A program made the translations under genes and the position numbers. From Promethearchaeota archaeon (GTDB lineage Archaea > Asgardarchaeota > Lokiarchaeia > Sigyniarchaeales > SOKP01): a stretch of 64,000 nt of DNA. This document shows positions 9,235 through 18,416 of this stretch, piece after piece. The stretch spans positions 1-64,000 of the forward strand of contig JAUVNS010000012.1 of assembly GCA_030599585.1 (NCBI GenBank). Direction: 5' to 3'. The notes under the pieces are model-generated. The model had not been told where the DNA came from. It saw nothing but the letters and a program-made list of their open reading frames with translations, and made no database searches. Each line of letters begins with the position of its first letter. The stretch's first letter is position 1.

Positions 9235-10638
9235 ATGAAAAAACACTGTATATTGCTAAGTATTTTAACCTTAACCTTAACATTTCAAGCTATATTTTTA
9301 GTATCAATCCCAAATGTAAGAGCTAACCAAGAAATCCCAGAAGAATTTTATCAAACTCTTGCTCTAAACAGTACTTATGTCTACAATGTTACTCAATTTG
9401 GCGGCGATTTGAATTGGATTGGATTTGATTGGGCGTCAAAATATAATACTACTACTAATATTGGCGGACAAATCTCTGTAAACTTCACTGGCTTTCACGA
9501 TAAAGATCCAAGCGATATATACAACTTATTCGGAAGTCCAATGTCATATATGGATATTGAATTTCTAGACAATCAAGCGGGAATGCTGATTTCGAACCAT
9601 ACTTTTAACAATGTATCGAACGGCGAAGCGGCGTTTAACATGCTCTTAGGATATAACGCATTTCAATCGGGTTTTTTAGTTCCTATTAACAACCTAACAA
9701 AACTTAAGGAGCAAGCTTTAGCACAAGATGCTGGATATATGCCAGGAGATATTACTATTGAAGAAACGTATAGTTTCATTTCTTTCGACTTTAAACAAGA
9801 TTCTGGTGCACAAAACACTACCTTAGTTTACGAAAAACAAAGCGGATTATTAGTGTGGGCAAGAACTAAAATGATTCCAATTACAAATCCTTTAGGTTAT
9901 ACATTAGAATTGTTTTTAACAAATTACTCTCTGGATTTCGATGAGCTGTACGTTTACAATGTGTCAAAGTTTGAAGGTGCTGCCTTTTGGTACGATTGGG
10001 ATTTCAATTATATAGATACATGGACTACTAATCCAGGTGGTTTGGTTACAATAAATTTCACTGATTATTACTTAAAAGACCCAGGAGAACCCGGATGGGG
10101 TATGGATGCGTTTCCTTCTGATATGAAAAGGGCTTGGTTCGACATAGAAGTCTTTTATAGCGGATATTTCGGTCCAATAGGTCCAATAATTTCGCTTAGT
10201 AACATATCTAACCGTGAGGCAGCCCTACAGATGGGAATCGGATTCGGAGGACTCCAATCTGGTTATTTGATGCCTTCAATTGATAACATAACTTTCGTAA
10301 AACAGTTGGCTTTAGCTGCTGCTAATCCTGGGGAAGTTACGATCGATGAAACCGAATTAACAATAAAAATTAGTTACGAACAGGTAGGTGGATTTGAACA
10401 GATGACGCATTTAATTTACGAGAAACGAACCGGGCTTTTATTGTGGGTAGATACATTATTAAATCCATACGTTTTAGAAATGAGTATCAATGGATATTCA
10501 CCCCCAGAAACACCTTCACCACCACCAACACCTGAAGAATTGATACCTTCTTTCCCAACCTTGTTGATTGGAATAATTACAGTAGGAGCCTTATTACTAG
10601 TTACTGCGAAAACACGCAAGAAGTCAAAGTTTATTTAA
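9235..10638 (+). CDS. Secreted, C-terminally anchored surface protein with an internal domain duplication
   Basis: Signal peptide; two repeats (YVYNVTQF..TTNIGG..YEKQSGLLVW and YVYNVSKF..TTNPGG..YEKRTGLLLW); Pro-rich linker; IPSF-TM-basic tail. Confidence 0.8.
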   Translation: MKKHCILLSILTLTLTFQAIFLVSIPNVRANQEIPEEFYQTLALNSTYVYNVTQFGGDLNWIGFDWASKYNTTTNIGGQISVNFTGFHDKDPSDIYNLFGSPMSYMDIEFLDNQAGMLISNHTFNNVSNGEAAFNMLLGYNAFQSGFLVPINNLTKLKEQALAQDAGYMPGDITIEETYSFISFDFKQDSGAQNTTLVYEKQSGLLVWARTKMIPITNPLGYTLELFLTNYSLDFDELYVYNVSKFEGAAFWYDWDFNYIDTWTTNPGGLVTINFTDYYLKDPGEPGWGMDAFPSDMKRAWFDIEVFYSGYFGPIGPIISLSNISNREAALQMGIGFGGLQSGYLMPSIDNITFVKQLALAAANPGEVTIDETELTIKISYEQVGGFEQMTHLIYEKRTGLLLWVDTLLNPYVLEMSINGYSPPETPSPPPTPEELIPSFPTLLIGIITVGALLLVTAKTRKKSKFI

Positions 10639-10670
10639 AATTTTTATTTTTATTTTTTTAGGAAGATTTT

Positions 10671-11054
10671 ATGAGAAAGAAAGTAAAAAATACAATTATT
10701 GTTCTTGTTGGAGTATCGTTACTAGCGTCTTTACTTATTTTTAATTTAAGTTTGTACAAAAAACCCGAGCCTTTGGAATCTGTCAACGATATATCCTTAT
10801 CAGTAGACTTTAACAATGGAACAGTCAAAACAAGGCTAAATTTTACTCTTGATGGTGGAAAAACTACCGCTCTAGATGCATTAGATAAGTGGTGTGAAAT
10901 TGATTATGACGACTTTGGTTGGGGAATTATCGTAAGAGAAATTGATAATGTTAGAGGGAGTTGGATATACAAGGTTAATGGGTTTGGCCCTAGTATTGGG
11001 GCTTCGGTATTTACCTTGAAAGATGGAGATTTAATTGAGTGGCAACTCGTTTGA
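10671..11054 (+). CDS. DUF4430-like (transcobalamin C-terminal-like) membrane-anchored protein
   Basis: N-terminal TM; TALDAL..GIIVREID..WIYKVNG..GASVFTLKDGDLIEW. Confidence 0.75.
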   Translation: MRKKVKNTIIVLVGVSLLASLLIFNLSLYKKPEPLESVNDISLSVDFNNGTVKTRLNFTLDGGKTTALDALDKWCEIDYDDFGWGIIVREIDNVRGSWIYKVNGFGPSIGASVFTLKDGDLIEWQLV

Positions 11055-11082
11055 AAATTAACACGCTTATTTCTAAATAAAA

Positions 11083-11520
11083 TCACGACGTATGTAAATC
11101 AGTCGTTTCAATTCTCTTAAGAATAGGCTCCATTTCTCGAAAAGATTTACGCATTTTGTGGAAATAGTAGCCAAGTTTATAACCTTTGGAGCAATTCGTT
11201 AATAGCATGAATTTATTATCTACATCGCCAACTAATATAATGGTGTAACCTTTTACTCCCCTAATCACGATTTCTCTTAGCTCTCCTTGACCCAAACCCG
11301 TACTGATTTTTTCTCCCAACGAAATTAAAGTAGCAGGACTTGCACTATAAATATCTGCTACGATATCCGCTGTTTCAGAGCTAGCTATTCTTAATCCCGT
11401 TTTTGAGACAATTGCGCTCCCCTCCAAATCTGTGGAGCTCTCTAATTGTTCTAGACTACGCATTATCTCGGCTAATAGTTCACGATCGATGTTAATTTCA
11501 GACGAATGAATTTTTTCCAT
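11083..11520 (-). CDS. Roadblock/LC7 (MglB-like) domain protein
   Basis: LEGSAIVSKTGLRIAS..GELREIVIRGVKGYTII. Confidence 0.85.
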   Translation of the reverse strand: MEKIHSSEINIDRELLAEIMRSLEQLESSTDLEGSAIVSKTGLRIASSETADIVADIYSASPATLISLGEKISTGLGQGELREIVIRGVKGYTIILVGDVDNKFMLLTNCSKGYKLGYYFHKMRKSFREMEPILKRIETTDLHTS

Positions 11521-11546
11521 TTTTTCACCTTAATTAATATTATAAA

Positions 11547-12989
11547 TTAATTTAGCAAATTTAAATCTTTTTTAGATTTCAGCGTAAAACTCCTTAATTC
11601 TTTTAGAGTAATTTTATCCCCTTTTTCTATGGTTTTGTTTTTATCTTCAATTGATACGATCAATAAACCTTTAGTTCCAAATGTATCAACAATTTTTGAA
11701 AACGGAGGTTCCAACTTTCGACCGATTAATTTTTTTGCCCCCTCAATACTTTGTGCTAAACTACGGCAAATAACACCTTGGGGGTGCTCTGAATTTTGAA
11801 CGAATCCTTTTTTCAATTTGTATTTGTATAAAATAGGAGGTTGATGGAGAATTTTGATCAAATCAGCAGACCCGAGTATTCTTAAAGTTGTTGGTGGAAG
11901 ATCAAGTCTGCTAATCAACAATGTTGATCTTTCTTTGTTAAAAAAAATCTTCTCATTTAACCATAGGTAAGCCTTGTATTTTATTAATTCTCCAGTTCTC
12001 TCTAATTGAATCTTTTTTTGGTTATCTATATAATATGGAAATAGAAATCCTGTTAATGTAAACATCCCTACTGTGACATGAACTTGGGTTCCAAATTTCG
12101 TAATAGGTTTAAATAGTTTATTCTGATTCACTTGAATTTCAATTATATCGCCCAACTCGAACGAATTCTTATTATTTGTAGCATAGCAACCACGATATAC
12201 TTTTTTTATATCCAGTCCTTTTAAATTAATCCCAACCCTATCTCCTGCTTTAGCAGAACCAACTTCCTGGTGAAAAATTTGAATAGATTTCACCTTACCA
12301 GATGTGTTTACTGGTATAACATCTAAATTCTGATTAATATCCAATTTTCCTTTTAATATTGTTCCCGTTATTATTGCTCCTCGTCCCTTTATCGAAAAAT
12401 GATGATCTATAGGGATAATTACGCTCCCTTCATAATCTCTTTTAATTTTTAATTTCTTGATTTTTTCTAATATCCCATGTTTTAAACCCTCAAATCCACT
12501 CTGTTCTTTAGCTGAAACGGTATAAATAGGTATTTCTGAGCCAAAAGAAGTAGATCTAAAAAAATCCTTTATTTTTTCAACTTCAATATCAATATTTCCC
12601 TTGAATAGATCCGTTTTATTTAGTATAACGATGACATCTTTTATGTTGAGTGAATCAATCATTATAAGATGTTCTCCGGTTTGAATCTGAGGGCCCTTAT
12701 TGATATCAATAACTATTAAAGCACAATCTATTATTTCTACTGACGCTGCGGATATTTTAATTAAATCAGCGTGTCCTGGTCCATCGACTAAAGTTATTAA
12801 ATAATTGTCTAAAATGAAACTGGTAAATCCCAGATCTATAGTTATCCCCCTTTCTTTACTCTGTGGATGTGCATCAATTCCTGCAGTTGAAATTATTTCG
12901 CTTAGCACTGAAGCGATTGCAGTTTTTCCTGAATCTATGTGCCCATATAAACCCAAATGAATAGGCACTTTCTTCTCAATTTCTATCAT
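11547..12989 (-). CDS. selB: Selenocysteine-specific translation elongation factor SelB/EFSec
   Basis: GHIDSGKT, ERGITIDLGF, DGPGH, NKTD; archaeal/eukaryal-type C-terminus (SRLDLPPTTLRI, FGTKG); near tRNA-Sec and SepSecS. Confidence 0.92.
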   Translation of the reverse strand: MIEIEKKVPIHLGLYGHIDSGKTAIASVLSEIISTAGIDAHPQSKERGITIDLGFTSFILDNYLITLVDGPGHADLIKISAASVEIIDCALIVIDINKGPQIQTGEHLIMIDSLNIKDVIVILNKTDLFKGNIDIEVEKIKDFFRSTSFGSEIPIYTVSAKEQSGFEGLKHGILEKIKKLKIKRDYEGSVIIPIDHHFSIKGRGAIITGTILKGKLDINQNLDVIPVNTSGKVKSIQIFHQEVGSAKAGDRVGINLKGLDIKKVYRGCYATNNKNSFELGDIIEIQVNQNKLFKPITKFGTQVHVTVGMFTLTGFLFPYYIDNQKKIQLERTGELIKYKAYLWLNEKIFFNKERSTLLISRLDLPPTTLRILGSADLIKILHQPPILYKYKLKKGFVQNSEHPQGVICRSLAQSIEGAKKLIGRKLEPPFSKIVDTFGTKGLLIVSIEDKNKTIEKGDKITLKELRSFTLKSKKDLNLLN

Positions 12990-13168
12990 CTATGTGATTT
13001 AATAGTAATTTAAAGTTAATATTTTTTAATATAAAAAAACCTAAAAGATAAATCCGTAATTTTAAAGCTGGTATCGATTTTAATTATTGGACTCCAAATT
13101 ACATTTATTACAAATGTAATATCTTTTTATTATATCTTGTTTTAATACATACCGAAAAGTGAGTAGTT

Positions 13169-14038
13169 ATGGCAAAATACTGCGTCTATTGCGGAAATCC
13201 GTTAAAAAATGAGGACAAATTTTGTATTATCTGTGGGAAACCCGTGTTAGCAGGTGTTAAAAAACCAGAAAAAACTGGTGTAGAAAAAGCTAAAGAAATC
13301 ATTAAGAATAAGAGAACACCCCGAGAAGAAATTGCAGAAGAAATTTTTGGAGACGACGAGAGTTTATCTGAGAAACCAGATAAAAAAGCGAAAAAGAAAA
13401 AAAAGAAAAAAACTGAGGAGGATCATGTTGAGAAACCTCTCCCGTTTGAAGTAAAAGAACAGATGATTTTGAACATTGAATACAACGATATCAAATTAAA
13501 TAAAGAAATTTTAGTAGATAAGTTAAAGGAAATTCAAAAAGAAATAAAAGATCCCCGATATGACGTAGATGAAGAATATAATAAATCAATTAACATAAAA
13601 GTTACTGCCATTAAGACTTTAATAGCAGAGCTAAAACAGAAAGAAAGCGACTTAGAGCCAAAGATGGATAAACCTTTCATAGTTCAGAGAATTCAGAACG
13701 ATATCGATAAAAAAATTTATCAATTAAAGAACCTTTCAAAGGAATTTAAACTCCTCAAAGTGGATAAAGGTTCGTTTGAAAAATTACGAAAAAAGTATAA
13801 AGAAGAAAAAGAGAATCTCGAATCTGAGAGAAACGATTTAATCGTAGGTATGAAACTTTGGATTCAAGAGCTAAAAATGGAAAAGATTGAAATTCGGGCG
13901 GATAAAAATCTTAACAAAGGAAGATTCTCAGCAAAAGAAATATCAGACGAAGCTTACGAAGTAAAAAACAAGGAATTTGAGATAAAAATTAAAAAGATCG
14001 ATGTAAAGATCAAGACATTAGAAGATCTTACGAAGTAA
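13169..14038 (+). CDS. Zinc-ribbon plus CdvA-like coiled-coil protein
   Basis: N-terminal CxxC..CxxC; C-terminal coiled coil with KVDKGSFEKLRKKY..GRFSAKEISDEAYE. Confidence 0.6.
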   Translation: MAKYCVYCGNPLKNEDKFCIICGKPVLAGVKKPEKTGVEKAKEIIKNKRTPREEIAEEIFGDDESLSEKPDKKAKKKKKKKTEEDHVEKPLPFEVKEQMILNIEYNDIKLNKEILVDKLKEIQKEIKDPRYDVDEEYNKSINIKVTAIKTLIAELKQKESDLEPKMDKPFIVQRIQNDIDKKIYQLKNLSKEFKLLKVDKGSFEKLRKKYKEEKENLESERNDLIVGMKLWIQELKMEKIEIRADKNLNKGRFSAKEISDEAYEVKNKEFEIKIKKIDVKIKTLEDLTK

Positions 14039-14092
14039 TCTAAATAAACCTAAATTTTTAATTTGGTTGAAATATTATTAAAACTGATCACT

Positions 14093-14218
14093 ATGAGAAA
14101 AAAACTAATTGGTTTAATTGTGCTCGTTGTGGCTATCTCCCTTTTGACGATAGGTTTAATAAATAGCGAGTATCTTTTAATTAATTCTCTTTACGATCAG
14201 ATGAATTTTATTCCTTAA
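14093..14218 (+). CDS. Small single-TM protein (41 aa)
   Basis: Not in the track. MRKKLIGLIVLVVAISLLTIGLINSEYLLINSLYDQMNFIP fills the gap between two genes; basic N-terminus plus a hydrophobic helix. Confidence 0.6.
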   Translation: MRKKLIGLIVLVVAISLLTIGLINSEYLLINSLYDQMNFIP

Positions 14219-14234
14219 TCAATTAATTTAAAAG

Positions 14235-14585
14235 TTAGTCCCAATTTTTTTTCCTAGCTGATGCAGTTGTGTTCTCTAAAAATCCCTTCTTTTGATACTT
14301 TTTTTCTTGGGATTTTCTATACTTGTTAGCATCTTTATAATGTAATTTACAAAGATAAATTTTATGTTGCTTGTTCTCATGGTATTTTAATTGCGCTTTC
14401 TCTACATACGCCTTCCACTTATTTTCTGAAAGCGATCTTATCGCACTTTCTTTACAATCTTTAACAGAACAGTTTTTGCCTTTACTAGCAATTGCGCTAA
14501 GGTCACCTTTTTCTCTAAGTTCTTTTGGCAGCTTCACTTTTAACCACTTAGTAAAAATTTTATTAGGAACGATTATTATAATCAT
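14235..14585 (-). CDS. Small basic Cys/His (putative Zn-binding) protein; real start probably near 14537
   Basis: CSVKDC...LCKLHYK pattern. Confidence 0.65.
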   Translation of the reverse strand: MIIIIVPNKIFTKWLKVKLPKELREKGDLSAIASKGKNCSVKDCKESAIRSLSENKWKAYVEKAQLKYHENKQHKIYLCKLHYKDANKYRKSQEKKYQKKGFLENTTASARKKNWD

Positions 14586-14621
14586 AAAATATTTACCGTC
14601 TTAAATTTTTTCCTAAAACAA

Positions 14622-15326
14622 ATGGATTCTTTAATATTCAACGAAGCTCTCATAAAGAGTAAACTTTTTGATTGTGATTCACCTTCACGCATTTCACTAA
14701 AAGACGATTTTTTTACGCGTTCGGCAGTGCTTTTTTCAATAATTCCTTACGAAAATAAACCCTACGACTTAATTCTCATTCATCGTTCGAATTTAGGAAC
14801 AAGACATAGGGGTGAAATGTCATTTCCTGGCGGGAAATTTGAAGAAGATAAGGACAAAACAATAAAAGATACCGCATTGCGAGAATCTGGAGAAGAAATT
14901 GGAGTTTCTAGGGAAAACATAAAGATTATTGGGTGTCTTGACGACTTTCCAACCATGACCAAGTATATTATAACACCTTTTGTGGCGGTTATTGATAAAA
15001 ATCAACAGCTAATAAGAGAAGAAAGAGAAGTCCAACGAATATTGAAAATTCCTATAGACTTTTTCACGAGTAAAACTCAATTTCGAGAACAAACTATTGA
15101 AGTAGATGGTAATAAGTTTCCCGTTTTTTATTTTAATTACTTTGATAAAGACAGCGGTCAAAAATATACCGTATGGGGGGCAACTGCTTACATGATTGTG
15201 ACTTTTATTGAAACTGTATACGGATTTACTCTCTCGAGCTTAGGTCTTAAGCGATTCAAGTTGGAAAAAATCAAAGATTTGAAAGAATACATAAAGTACA
15301 GGGACAAAATTACTAAAAAATTTTAA
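14622..15326 (+). CDS. Nudix hydrolase, CoA pyrophosphatase (NUDT7/8-like)
   Basis: HRGEMSFPGG..TALRESGEEIG; VWGATA. Confidence 0.88.
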   Translation: MDSLIFNEALIKSKLFDCDSPSRISLKDDFFTRSAVLFSIIPYENKPYDLILIHRSNLGTRHRGEMSFPGGKFEEDKDKTIKDTALRESGEEIGVSRENIKIIGCLDDFPTMTKYIITPFVAVIDKNQQLIREEREVQRILKIPIDFFTSKTQFREQTIEVDGNKFPVFYFNYFDKDSGQKYTVWGATAYMIVTFIETVYGFTLSSLGLKRFKLEKIKDLKEYIKYRDKITKKF

Positions 15327-15359
15327 TCAATTAATCATACATGCGAAGAGCGTTTATCA

Positions 15360-16028
15360 ATGGAATTCATATTTAACGAAAAACTAATCAAAAAGAAATC
15401 AAAAGATTTTAAATCTCCTGATCGCCTTGCTATGTCGCACGAGTATTTTATTAATTCTGCTATTATATTTCTTATTATTCCTTACAAAAATAAACCATAC
15501 GATTTAGTTTTAATTCGAAGAACTAAAAGCACTACTGATAAGCATTCAGGTGAGATGTCGTTTCCAGGAGGAAAATTCGATCAAACATTAGACTCCTCTT
15601 ATCTAGATACAGCCTTAAGAGAACTAGACGAAGAACTTGGAATTCCCCAAAATAAGGTTAGTATCTTAGGTTGTATTGACGATCATCTTACACCTAAAGG
15701 TTTTGTTATAACTGCGTTTGTAGCTTTTATTAGCCCGGATACAAAAATGGCAAAGCAAGATAGTGAAGTAAAAGAAATTGTTAAAATCCCCATTACTTTT
15801 TTTGCGGATAAAAAAAATTTTAAAGAAAGAACGTATAAACTCAAAGACGAACTAATTGGCGTCGGTAAATATAACTATTTCTCTCCAGATAATAAAAAGT
15901 ATGTCATATTTGGAGCAACGTCTCATATAATTGTTAATTATATAGATACCGTCTACAATTTAGGTCTTATGACACCTGGCTGTCGTCGAATTAATTGTGA
16001 GGATATTAAAGACAGAATTATATCTTAG
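15360..16028 (+). CDS. Nudix hydrolase, CoA pyrophosphatase (tandem paralog)
   Basis: HSGEMSFPGG..TALRELDEELG; IFGATS. Confidence 0.88.
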   Translation: MEFIFNEKLIKKKSKDFKSPDRLAMSHEYFINSAIIFLIIPYKNKPYDLVLIRRTKSTTDKHSGEMSFPGGKFDQTLDSSYLDTALRELDEELGIPQNKVSILGCIDDHLTPKGFVITAFVAFISPDTKMAKQDSEVKEIVKIPITFFADKKNFKERTYKLKDELIGVGKYNYFSPDNKKYVIFGATSHIIVNYIDTVYNLGLMTPGCRRINCEDIKDRIIS

Positions 16029-16291
16029 CAATTGAAATCTTATTATTAAAACTTCACGACATTTAATCTTAGTCATCAAAACGTTAACACACATGTTTGG
16101 GTGTAACTTATTCAGATTTAGAAGATTCTAGGCTTGTAAGCAAGATTAAAATAGAATAAATAATTATTGATACATATTCAATACACACGATTACACAAAC
16201 ATTTATATATGAAAAAAATAATATATTAATTAGAAACAATAAAATTAAAATAAAAAATAAAACAAAAAAAAACAAATTGGAGGAAATAATT

Positions 16292-16378
16292 ATGACTTAT
16301 AACAAAAAAATTGAATTAAACGACATAAAATGTAAAGTATATTCCCAGGTTTTAACAAGTTCTTTTGTTAGCCACTAA
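16292..16378 (+). CDS. Micro-ORF A, 28 aa (MTYNKKIELNDIKCKVYSQVLTSSFVSH)
   Basis: GGAGG at 16279-16283, 8 nt before ATG; homologous to micro-ORF B; followed by T tracts. Confidence 0.6.
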   Translation: MTYNKKIELNDIKCKVYSQVLTSSFVSH

Positions 16379-16536
16379 ATTTTTAATAATTTTTTAATTT
16401 TTTATGATACACAACACAAAACACAAAAATAAAATTACGATAATAAAAATATAAAACAAACCTCACAAAAAAAATTCCAAATCTAAGAAAAAACACCACA
16501 AAAAAAAACCCAAAAAAAAATATGGAGGAAATGAAA

Positions 16537-16614
16537 ATGAATTATAATAAAAAATTGACAGTAGCAGACCTAAGAAATAAGATTGATTATCAACTTTCAA
16601 GAGTATATTATTAA
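16537..16614 (+). CDS. Micro-ORF B, 25 aa (MNYNKKLTVADLRNKIDYQLSRVYY)
   Basis: GGAGG at 16524-16528, 8 nt before ATG; homologous to micro-ORF A; followed by a long T tract. Confidence 0.6.
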   Translation: MNYNKKLTVADLRNKIDYQLSRVYY

Positions 16615-16775
16615 ACCTTTTTTTTTTCTATTTTTTTCTCCTGAACCACTCTTTGATTCCATCACTAATCTAAACCTAAAGACATTTTAATAGACAAAAA
16701 TCAGATAATTAAATAATATCGAAAAATTCAATTAAAATAACTAATAATATACCTTAAAGAAATATTAGAAAAATT

Positions 16776-16926
16776 GGCCCCCGGCGGTCGGGGTGGTCCC
16801 AGACGCTGGGCTTCAATACCTTTACAACAGCTATAGATGAAGAAACCCAGTTATCCTGCGAAGGGATAGGGGTTCGATAAGGAAAAAGGTATCCTTTTTC
16901 CAAGAAAATCCCCCTGGGGGCCGCCA
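16776..16926 (+). tRNA. selC: tRNA-Sec(UCA) with two introns (16817-16844 at 37/38; about 16879-16908 in the T loop)
   Basis: 9-bp acceptor GGCCCCCGG/CTGGGGGCC, 7-bp D stem with TGGT loop, 6-bp anticodon stem, TCA at 16813-16815, long variable arm, 4-bp T stem, G73 and encoded CCA; 24 nt upstream of SepSecS. Confidence 0.93.
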
Positions 16927-16950
16927 TATTTACATTTTAAATAAAATTCC

Positions 16951-18327
16951 GTGATATTAGTGGTTGATTTTAGTAAGATTATTGATTATTTCAAGAGTAC
17001 ACCGATTCCTCCAAATATGTTAAACAGAGGCCAGTTAGTCTTGAATAATTTTTTAAAACCTATGAAAAACTTGTTTGAACAAAAAAATGTCCCTCAAAAG
17101 CCTTGGAGCGAAAGTCAAATCGAATTTTTGCTCCAAACTCTTTCTAATATGGACACTGATAAAGACGATAAAGCGTCTCGCGTAGGAGAGCGTGAAGCAC
17201 GAATCGCATCGAGTTTACACTTGAAAACTTCCGCAGGATTCTGCCATGGTGTAGGGAGAAGTGGGTTCTTAACAGCGCCACAACCTAAAGCTCCTGGTGG
17301 ATCGATAATGTACGAGCTTAGTAATTATTTAGCTCTTAATTTTCTAAAAAAATTTGGTTTACCAAATGTCAAGAAGGCTATAGTAGTTCCACTGTGTACG
17401 GGTATGTCTTTATCGTTATGTTTAGGAGCTCTCCGTCCGGATTGGAACGACGACAAACTGCGCAACAAGAGAACTGTTATTGTTCCACAGGTTGATCATA
17501 ACGCACTTATCAAAGCCTTTACTCTGATTGGTGCTAAAATGAAAATTGTGAAGGGCAAGAAGTTTGGAGATGCCGTGAGAATCCCAATTGAGGATATTAG
17601 AGCCAGTTTGGACGATGATTGTTTTGCGGTGCTCTCATTAACGAGTTTTTTCCCTCCTCGAGAACACGATAACATTAAAGAGATTAGCAAATTTGCCAAA
17701 GAACATGATTTGGTTCACATTGTCATCAATGCTTACGGCGTACAGAGCCCGGAGTGGATGAATTTAATCCGAATTGGTCTCGATGCGGGCCGAATAGACG
17801 CAATTATTCAATCAACAGATAAGAATTTCTTGACACCAATCGGTGGTGCTGTAATAGCATCTCCATCTGAAGATGTTATAACAAAGATAAGTCAAGCGTA
17901 CGCCGGTCGCGCCTCTGCGACCCCAGTTGTGAACTTTCTTATTTCAATGTTATCTTTAGGCATCGAAGGTTATCAACAGTTATTAGATGAGCAGCAACAA
18001 AATCGAAAGTTGTTAGAAGAGAAATTAAGAATCGTTGCTGAAAAAAATAACGAAAACATTTTCGATGTTTTCAATCCTGTAGCTGTCGCCATGTCTTTAA
18101 ATAACTTAAAGAATGAACAACTATATGCGCTCGGAGGTGCTCTTTACAACTTAAGAGTTACGGGACCGCGAGTATATAATCCCGAGGAAAAGATTTTTGG
18201 CACTTGTTGCGCAGATTTTACTACGCCCTATATAGTTTTAAATGCAGCGATAGGAGTTAACTCTAACGATATTATTTCAGCTGTAGAGAGATTCGAAAAA
18301 GCTTACAACCAAATAACATCTAGATAA
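16951..18327 (+). CDS. spcS: O-phosphoseryl-tRNA(Sec) selenium transferase (SepSecS)
   Basis: VGEREAR, HGVGRSG..QPKAPG, QSTDKNFLTPIGG, YAGRASA. Confidence 0.95.
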   Translation: MILVVDFSKIIDYFKSTPIPPNMLNRGQLVLNNFLKPMKNLFEQKNVPQKPWSESQIEFLLQTLSNMDTDKDDKASRVGEREARIASSLHLKTSAGFCHGVGRSGFLTAPQPKAPGGSIMYELSNYLALNFLKKFGLPNVKKAIVVPLCTGMSLSLCLGALRPDWNDDKLRNKRTVIVPQVDHNALIKAFTLIGAKMKIVKGKKFGDAVRIPIEDIRASLDDDCFAVLSLTSFFPPREHDNIKEISKFAKEHDLVHIVINAYGVQSPEWMNLIRIGLDAGRIDAIIQSTDKNFLTPIGGAVIASPSEDVITKISQAYAGRASATPVVNFLISMLSLGIEGYQQLLDEQQQNRKLLEEKLRIVAEKNNENIFDVFNPVAVAMSLNNLKNEQLYALGGALYNLRVTGPRVYNPEEKIFGTCCADFTTPYIVLNAAIGVNSNDIISAVERFEKAYNQITSR

Positions 18328-18416
18328 TTTTCTTACTTTAACCTTAATTTTTATTTTAGCCTAAATAAATATAAATAAAAATTAATAGACCTATATTATA
18401 ATAAAATATCAAGGGT

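Noticed and set aside
16060-16201. Short imperfect inverted repeats (TTTAATCTT/AAGATTAAA; TGTTTGGGTGTAA/TTACACAAACA) suggesting a MITE or ncRNA
   Set aside because: Expected by chance at this AT content; no target-site duplication or second copy seen.
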